NCBI GenBank assembly: GCA_046497275.1
Contig: JAWOFX010000113.1
Span: 1 to 32,000 of the forward strand
Reading direction: 5' to 3'
DNA length: 32,000 nt
From: Promethearchaeia archaeon
GTDB taxonomy: Archaea; Asgardarchaeota; Lokiarchaeia; Sigyniarchaeales; SOKP01
A program made the translations under genes and the position numbers. Shown here piece after piece: positions 20,365-26,821 of this stretch (position 1 is its first letter; each line of letters opens with the position of its first letter). The notes under the pieces were generated by a model. The model saw only the letters and a program-made list of their open reading frames with translations, searched no databases and had not been told where the DNA came from.

Positions 20365-22206
20365 TTACTTATGCTCACTATTTTTTATTAACCTTTCTTT
20401 TTCAACTAATTTCCCTTTTTCAATAGTTTTTTTATCAGCGAAAATTAATCCTGAATCTAAAATTAGATATGTTAAGATATAAGCGGGAATGTAGAGAATA
20501 ATCCATAAGAGAATACCTAGTATTTTAGTATTAAATATTTCGCGTTTTTTATTGAGAATTTTTGGAATTCTATGATATATCATTTTATTCTCATTTTTTT
20601 CACTCACGATTCCTTTTCTATTATATCCTTCTTGATACTCATTTTGCCTTAAAAATGATCTGAAATCTCTGTAGATCCAGATAAACCAACCTGCTAAGTA
20701 ATTTTTCGCGTTAAATGTTCTAATTGAATAGTCGAGAACATGAAGTTGTCTTTCTTCACTGAATTTCGTTTGGTTCTTCCATTTATCATGAAATCCATAC
20801 TTAGCTCCTGCTCCGAATTCTGTATATATCCAAGGTTTATTAAAAGTAGGAGTACGCATTACATCCAACATCAAGCTAATCATACGAGAACTTCCTACAT
20901 ACCAACCAAAATAAAAATTAATTGTAGCAACATCAGCATATCTTCGAGTTAAATCTGTAAATAATTTCATGGATACATAAGTTACTAATCTCGTATCGTC
21001 ATGCATTCGAACCCAGTCCATTAATCGTTTCATAAATTTTGCTACTTCAGGTCTTTCGATGGGGATTTCATTACCAACACTCCACCAGATGACTGATGGG
21101 TGGTTAATATCTCTTTTTATAAGACTTCTTATCATTTTCGCAGCAGCTCTAAATGATTTATTACTTTTAAAATTACATGCCCAATATACTGGAATCTCTT
21201 CTAAAATTAACATTCCCTCCTTATCAGCAATACTAATTAAATCTTCATCATGAGAATAATGTGCGGTTCTTAGGGCATTGAAACCTAGCGATTTCATAGA
21301 TTTAATATCTTTCACTCGCTCCTCATAAGGTATTGTTCTCCCATAGGGCATTAACTCTTCGTGAAGACTGGCACCTTTAAGAAAAATTCTTTTTTTATTC
21401 AAAAAAATATATTTTTCTATTACCTCAATTTCTCTGATTCCAAAATGGGATTCATAGAGTAATTCATTTGTTTCTTTATTGAAGATTTTTAAAAGGTATA
21501 AATAAGGATTCTCTGGAGACCAGAGTTTGGGATCATCAAAAGTAAAAGAGATCTCCCCTTTTCCCATGGTTTCTGAGATTTCACCATAATATAAAGTTTG
21601 ACTTTCTGAGTTATTTAATATTTGCCAATATAAAGAAAGTTTTCCTACTATCTTATAGGAAATGCTTATTTTACTTTTTGATCTTGATTCTAAAGTGGTT
21701 TTTATGACAACATCTTTAAGTCTATTTTGGGTTAAAAATATTAATTTAACATTTCTATAAATTCCACCCCAATTGAACCAATCAAAGGATATTGCAGGAA
21801 TTCTGTCTTTTCTCCTAATATTTTCAGTTCGTACCACGAGTAGAATCTTATCTTGATTAATGGATTGAATATTAAAATGAAAAGGCACAAAACCACCATC
21901 ATGTTCTCCTAAATATTTTCCATTAAGCCAGACTTTCGTATTATAATTAGAACCATTGAATTTCAAGAGATAAATCGAAGTACCCATACTACCGTTCTTT
22001 TTTATTTCGAACTCATAAAAATGCCAAAAAATTCCTTCATATACTTCATATCCCTTTAAAATATTGAAACTATTTGGAATTTCAATATCTAACAAATCAT
22101 TATGATTTTTATGATACCATTGAGGTTGGAACCATTCAGATTCAATACCTTTATTGTCCTTGTCTGCTTTAGCTTTCCATTTCCCATTAAGTGAGTAAAC
22201 ATTCAT
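20365..22206 (-). CDS. Glycoside hydrolase family 2, beta-glucuronidase-like, with C-terminal TM helix
   Basis: DWFNWGGIYR, RTAHY, acid/base WSVGNE, nucleophile YTEFGAG, NFYFGWY loop, NxKG motif (YNRKG); hydrophobic tail ILGILLWIILYIPAYILTYLIL. Confidence 0.9.
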   Translation of the reverse strand: MNVYSLNGKWKAKADKDNKGIESEWFQPQWYHKNHNDLLDIEIPNSFNILKGYEVYEGIFWHFYEFEIKKNGSMGTSIYLLKFNGSNYNTKVWLNGKYLGEHDGGFVPFHFNIQSINQDKILLVVRTENIRRKDRIPAISFDWFNWGGIYRNVKLIFLTQNRLKDVVIKTTLESRSKSKISISYKIVGKLSLYWQILNNSESQTLYYGEISETMGKGEISFTFDDPKLWSPENPYLYLLKIFNKETNELLYESHFGIREIEVIEKYIFLNKKRIFLKGASLHEELMPYGRTIPYEERVKDIKSMKSLGFNALRTAHYSHDEDLISIADKEGMLILEEIPVYWACNFKSNKSFRAAAKMIRSLIKRDINHPSVIWWSVGNEIPIERPEVAKFMKRLMDWVRMHDDTRLVTYVSMKLFTDLTRRYADVATINFYFGWYVGSSRMISLMLDVMRTPTFNKPWIYTEFGAGAKYGFHDKWKNQTKFSEERQLHVLDYSIRTFNAKNYLAGWFIWIYRDFRSFLRQNEYQEGYNRKGIVSEKNENKMIYHRIPKILNKKREIFNTKILGILLWIILYIPAYILTYLILDSGLIFADKKTIEKGKLVEKERLIKNSEHK

Positions 22207-22446
22207 ATCTTATCTCAAAAAATTTTATATTTTCATTAATGAAAATTAAATCTCATTTTAACATCTTATTGTTTCAAATAAAACAATTTTTAAGAATAAA
22301 AAATAGAATTCAAAAAATTGAAATATAGGAGTTCCCTTTCATTATCCTATAATACCTCTCCTTTCTTCCCTATTTAAGAGACTTAAGAACATATTATAGA
22401 AATGCCTTAATTTAGGAGTAAGAGGTTCAAGATTGTTCTCTCTCAC

Positions 22447-22479
22447 AGAATGTTATTATGAATCCTTTAATAACATTCT
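22447..22479. promoter_or_regulatory. Perfect inverted repeat (12-bp arms, 9-nt spacer), candidate operator
   Basis: AGAATGTTATTA-tgaatcctt-TAATAACATTCT in the divergent GH2/histone intergenic region, 20 nt upstream of TTTAAATA. Confidence 0.6.
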
Positions 22480-22499
22480 ATGAGCAAAGAATCGTAGAG

Positions 22500-22507
22500 T
22501 TTAAATA
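22500..22507 (+). promoter_or_regulatory. Candidate TATA box for the histone gene
   Basis: TTTAAATA fits the archaeal TATA consensus about 80 nt upstream of the ATG; weak because the region is very AT-rich. Confidence 0.3.
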
Positions 22508-22572
22508 GGAGTAAAATAGATTGTATAATAATAAATTATAATTTAAACAAAAACTCAATTTAAAATAATAAT

Positions 22573-22578
22573 AGGAGG
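22573..22578 (+). promoter_or_regulatory. Shine-Dalgarno site of the histone gene
   Basis: AGGAGG 9 nt upstream of the ATG at 22588. Confidence 0.75.
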
Positions 22579-22587
22579 AATAATAAA

Positions 22588-22797
22588 ATGGCTAAGAAAA
22601 AAGCAGCTGCGGCTTCAACAGAAACTTTATTTGTTAAAAGTAAAGTAAGAGATTATATTAAGAGCAAAAATTGTAATACAAGCGGTGATGTAATAGATGG
22701 AGATGCTCTTAATAAGAGAATAATAGAGATTCTTGATAAAGCTGTAGAAAGAGCAAAAGCGAATGGTAGAAAGACAGTCCAAGAAAAAGATCTGTAA
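22588..22797 (+). CDS. Histone-fold protein, alpha3-truncated (Bd0055/face-to-face-like) type, with short Lys-rich N-terminal tail
   Basis: LFVKSKVRDYIKSK-NTSGDVI-ALNKRIIEILDKAVERAKANGRKTVQEKDL: histone-fold RKT(V)xxxD L2 motif, ending right after it; strong SD. Confidence 0.88.
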   Translation: MAKKKAAAASTETLFVKSKVRDYIKSKNCNTSGDVIDGDALNKRIIEILDKAVERAKANGRKTVQEKDL

Positions 22798-22823
22798 GCT
22801 TGGATAATATTAGAAAATCTATG

Positions 22824-22832
22824 TTTTTTTTT
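22824..22832 (+). terminator. Oligo(dT) archaeal-type terminator candidate after the histone gene
   Basis: T9 run 26 nt after the stop, followed by further T-tracts. Confidence 0.4.
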
Positions 22833-23084
22833 CCCTATATTTTTCTTTTTTTAGAACAAGTAATTAAATTTAAAAAATCATCATAGTCTTCCTTTATATA
22901 AGCATCTCTATCTTTTTATTATTTAACACACACAATCTTAAATTAGAATAGAAAACAAATAAATAATCCCTGCAAATCGCCTTTACCCTAATAATTTTTT
23001 TGAACTAACAATTTTGGATTTCATATTTGTTTTTCTATTTCTCCCTTCTTTTTCTTAACTTTTTCGAAATCAAGAAATAGAGGC

Positions 23085-23606
23085 TTAATCGGAGATTTCT
23101 TGTCCTATATTTTTATCGATAATGAAGAAATCAATTGATAAAACACTTTTTAATCTTTCTAAATCTTGTTTTAAATCTCTTATTCTATTATAATCTCCGG
23201 AAACAGCTATAATTTCAATACATTTTTCGTATTCTATATGAACATGCATTGTTGAGACAATGACATCAGCAAAATGATGTTGGATATCATTATTTAAAAT
23301 TAAATCTGTCTGATGAATATTTGCATATATCGGTCTTGATTTAAAATCATGATCGTGTGTATCGGTATCGTTTTCATGAATGTGATCTTGTTCCTCTCCT
23401 ATATGTTCATGAGACATTATCATTGCTATACATCCAACAACATCACCTGCACTTTCGGGAAGATTCTCCTCTATAGCCATATATCTGTGCATTGCTTTTC
23501 GAACAGCATCAGATCTAGACACCTCCAATTTCTTTCGAAACTTCTCAAATTCTTGATAAAGAGTTTTGGGAAGGGAAACAGTAAAACGTTTGTATTCTTC
23601 ACTCAT
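23085..23606 (-). CDS. nikR: NikR-like nickel-responsive ribbon-helix-helix regulator with His-rich insertion
   Basis: RHH N-terminus KRFTVSLP...SRSDAVRKAM; metal-binding domain with IQHHF, STMHVHI and CIEIIAV matching the NikR His/His/His/Cys Ni site. Confidence 0.85.
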   Translation of the reverse strand: MSEEYKRFTVSLPKTLYQEFEKFRKKLEVSRSDAVRKAMHRYMAIEENLPESAGDVVGCIAMIMSHEHIGEEQDHIHENDTDTHDHDFKSRPIYANIHQTDLILNNDIQHHFADVIVSTMHVHIEYEKCIEIIAVSGDYNRIRDLKQDLERLKSVLSIDFFIIDKNIGQEISD

Positions 23607-23711
23607 TTGAATTTTATGTTTCTTTTTTAACTATTTTTATTAATCTTACACTTTTTAAATATATTTGAGATGAAAATAATTTATAACTGTTTCTTATCAA
23701 TTAATTTTTCT

Positions 23712-25166
23712 TTAAAATGAATCAAATATTCCTATTTTTCCCTCTATAGGTTTTAGGATTTTAATACCTTCATTATCGATGGAGTATTCTATAAAATGTT
23801 TAGAATGATTCGAATCTCTCATTTTTAATATACCTATGCCACGAGTCATTAGACCGTCGCGTTCAAAATATCTTAATAAAATTATTGCATCAGCAAGAGT
23901 TGAGATATGTCCCATTCCTTTATTAAAATGATCTGAAAATGTAGGAGTAGTCGTTGTAAAGATTGCTATAATATTATTTTCTCGGATGAAAAGAAAAAGA
24001 TTAATGAGTGATTGTCTAAAAGTAAGGTTGCTAGTTATTCGTTCTAAAGCAGAAATACTGTCAATATAAATTCTATCCGGTTTAAAGGATTGTATTTTTG
24101 ATTTCATATCCACAATAAGCTCTTCGATTCCTTGAGATTCTGGATAAATACAGTTCAACATAAATATACCATCATTTTCCGGTTGTTCTAAATCTATATT
24201 CCAATTACGAGCTTTCTGGAGAATCTGTTCTCGACTCTCCTCAAAATTGAACATAATGCATTTTTCCCCATTTTGTAAAGACCCCTCTAACAATAGAAGT
24301 GTTATTAATGTTTTACCTGTTCCTGTTTGACCAGAAATCAGGATTGATGAGCCCTCGAAGAACCCTCCTCCCACCATATCATCGAGTTCGCTATAACCTG
24401 TAGATTCTCTTTCCCGCTTGGCAGGTAGTTCATTAGGATTTCTTTCAAATGAAATAATTATTATTCCTTCATTTTTTTTGATGGTGAAGGACTCTCTACC
24501 CTTTTTATGAGGCACTCCTCGATATTTTAAGATTTCAATTGTTCTTCTACGATGCTCTTCAAAAATAGTATTCTGGAGGAGGATTACATTATCACTAACG
24601 AAATCAAGAATATTATAATGTGAATCTTTTCCAAATTCTTCATATTGTTCCATTGTGATGATAGAGGTTACCGATAACGACTTTAAACATGATTTTAATC
24701 TGATAATTTCCTTCCGAACAATTGATTTATCAGGAAATCTATTGAATAAAACAGCGATAGAATCTAATACTACACGTTTTGCATTGATTTTTTCTACTGC
24801 ATTCTTAATTCGAATAATTAAACCACTTAAATCATAATCGCCTCGTACTAGAAAATCATCCTCTATACGCGGGGAAATATCAACAAACTCCCAAAATCCT
24901 GAATCCTTATATTTTTGAATATCTAATCCAAAATCTTTCATATTAATTATTATATCTTCGGGTGATTCTTCAAAAGTGATGAAGACTCCAGGATCTTTTG
25001 AATGGTTTATTCCTCCAATGAGAAACTGTACACAAAAGGTACTTTTCCCGCTGCCAGGCGTACCTGAAAGTAACGTCATTCTATTTTCCGGTATTCCACC
25101 CATCGATAAAATATCGAATCCATCAATTCCACTCGGAATTTTTTTTATGCTTTTCATAAAATTCAA
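23712..25166 (-). CDS. kaiC: Circadian clock protein KaiC (double RecA-domain)
   Basis: CI Walker A GTPGSGKST, FITFEES, B-loop region DISPRIEDDFLVRGDYDLSGL, EILKYRG; CII GQTGTGKTL, FNFEESRE, HISTLADAIILL, ILKMRDS. Start is TTG 25166 or ATG 25157. Confidence 0.93.
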   Translation of the reverse strand: MNFMKSIKKIPSGIDGFDILSMGGIPENRMTLLSGTPGSGKSTFCVQFLIGGINHSKDPGVFITFEESPEDIIINMKDFGLDIQKYKDSGFWEFVDISPRIEDDFLVRGDYDLSGLIIRIKNAVEKINAKRVVLDSIAVLFNRFPDKSIVRKEIIRLKSCLKSLSVTSIITMEQYEEFGKDSHYNILDFVSDNVILLQNTIFEEHRRRTIEILKYRGVPHKKGRESFTIKKNEGIIIISFERNPNELPAKRERESTGYSELDDMVGGGFFEGSSILISGQTGTGKTLITLLLLEGSLQNGEKCIMFNFEESREQILQKARNWNIDLEQPENDGIFMLNCIYPESQGIEELIVDMKSKIQSFKPDRIYIDSISALERITSNLTFRQSLINLFLFIRENNIIAIFTTTTPTFSDHFNKGMGHISTLADAIILLRYFERDGLMTRGIGILKMRDSNHSKHFIEYSIDNEGIKILKPIEGKIGIFDSF

Positions 25167-25184
25167 GTAATTTTGAGGTGAAAT

Positions 25185-25436
25185 TTATATGAAAAAATCC
25201 TTTTCAGAATTAGAAAAATCTCCTATAAATCTCCTGGTTGGTCCAGGTAGGGTTCTTATCAAAAAAGGTGTTGCTATAACTCCAGCTTGTTCCGCAACTT
25301 GGGGATTATTCAATATATCAATAATCGTTAAATCATAATCAATATTCTTTAAACTTTCTTTTAAATTGCTTAATGCTGTCTTAGATTTGAGATCATTAGA
25401 ACCGGCTAAAAATAATAAAAATCTTACCTCGGACAT
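25185..25436 (-). CDS. kaiB: Circadian clock protein KaiB (short C-terminus)
   Basis: LFLAG, IIDILNNPQVAEQAGVIATPFLIRTLPGPTRRFIGDFSN closely follows cyanobacterial [39 protein letters not shown]; directly upstream of kaiC. Confidence 0.93.
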   Translation of the reverse strand: MSEVRFLLFLAGSNDLKSKTALSNLKESLKNIDYDLTIIDILNNPQVAEQAGVIATPFLIRTLPGPTRRFIGDFSNSEKDFFI

Positions 25437-25671
25437 TTTTTTATATTCTATTTTTTTTTCTATACCTTATCATATTACCTATAAAAAAAAGATTTAAAAA
25501 TGTTTCTTATGAAAATTATTGATATTAATAATAAATAAGATTAAATATCAAAACTCAATCTTTAATTTTAATTTCGTAACAACATTTTTGAGAGAAACTT
25601 TAAAAACTAGAAATAGTCTTTACTAAGATCTGAAATTCCTAAAATATGTAAAAGTAATTTCAATTAAAATA

Positions 25672-26406
25672 TCATTTACTAATAAATATAGCAATAGGTA
25701 CACTTGCTTCGCGCCATTGAGCTATCTTTCCGGAAAATTCGAAATCCATGCGTGATCTGCCATGATCTCCTATAATAATCATTAATGAACCATTTCTTAA
25801 TTGCTTATAATTACTTAGTATCCATTTATCTGTTCGATTTATGAGTTTTTCAATTAATTCCTCAGGAGTCTGTTGCCTTAATCTTTGTTGCTGTTTATGA
25901 AGATTTTCAAAATCTAAATAATGCATCCAAGAGAGATCATAATTATTTATAGCTTTTGCTGATTCTATCCATGTTGCCATGTCAGTATCTTTTGCAATAG
26001 AATTAGTTCCCCCATCATAACGCTCTATATCTTTTTTACGTCCAACAAAACAAGTATTTTTTCCATTTTCATTAATATATTTAAGTAGATGAAATCCATT
26101 CGGTTCGTATTCAAACCCACCGAACATTAATTGGTGAAGAACTCCCAAGGTGTATGGATTCTTGGTGCTTAAAAGTGTCATTATTTCAGATTTTTGGATC
26201 ATAAACTCGGGTTTAAAATACGTAATTTCAAATAATCCCGCATTAGAGATTAAATTAATCGAAATCCGCTTAACTCCTTTATATCTTTCAGTGATCTCTT
26301 TGATTGGATGTGGAATAGTATTTGTTGGGGGATCCAAATCAAGCAATTTTATTAAAGTTGCCGGTAATTGAGAAAGATAAGCCTTTACAGTTTTTAATTC
26401 ACTCAT
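25672..26406 (-). CDS. Alkaline phosphatase superfamily protein, degenerate active site
   Basis: MIIIGDHG motif and alpha/beta pattern; first metal Asp position reads LISNAG; second reads LDFENLH. Confidence 0.6.
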   Translation of the reverse strand: MSELKTVKAYLSQLPATLIKLLDLDPPTNTIPHPIKEITERYKGVKRISINLISNAGLFEITYFKPEFMIQKSEIMTLLSTKNPYTLGVLHQLMFGGFEYEPNGFHLLKYINENGKNTCFVGRKKDIERYDGGTNSIAKDTDMATWIESAKAINNYDLSWMHYLDFENLHKQQQRLRQQTPEELIEKLINRTDKWILSNYKQLRNGSLMIIIGDHGRSRMDFEFSGKIAQWREASVPIAIFISK

Positions 26407-26554
26407 ATTATAAGATCTCTTAATTATTGAAGATAGATTTTAATGTTAAATTACTTAATATTATAATAATAATCACACTTTAATTATTTTATTTAATCAA
26501 TCTAATTAAAGATAATTTCGAAAATTATACTTAATCAAAAAATAAGGAAATAGT

Positions 26555-26794
26555 ATGAATGCAAAAAAGAAATTAGAACTTATTGACACTATATTAGAGA
26601 GACATCATGAAGGTAGCTGTCTTTATTGCGGAGGAACTTTAAATAGGGATTTATTGGGAGAGGATTGGGATGAGATGAATCCTGATACCTACTGTACTTA
26701 CTGTGGCAAGGATATTGACCCTTATGATGAGTGGGATCAAATGGCTATAGAAGCTATAGCAAAAGTTTTAAATGATGAGCGTTTTAAAGCTTAA
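26555..26794 (+). CDS. Small zinc-finger (CxxC...CxxC) hypothetical protein
   Basis: CLYCGG and CTYCGK separated by an acidic loop; ATG start, purine-rich upstream region. Confidence 0.7.
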   Translation: MNAKKKLELIDTILERHHEGSCLYCGGTLNRDLLGEDWDEMNPDTYCTYCGKDIDPYDEWDQMAIEAIAKVLNDERFKA

Positions 26795-26821
26795 ACTTTT
26801 TTAATAATTAATTTTTATTTT

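Noticed and set aside
22310-22362. Minus-strand mini-ORF MKGNSYISIF (22342-22310) behind a GGAGAGGT SD-like sequence, with a 7-bp inverted repeat TATAGGA-N14-TCCTATA
   Set aside because: Too short to support as a leader peptide without expression or conservation data.
6888-23090. Identical 13-mer TAGAGGCTTAATC at 6888-6900 and 23078-23090
   Set aside because: Only two copies; a rough estimate for a 32-kb AT-rich window gives about one such match by chance.
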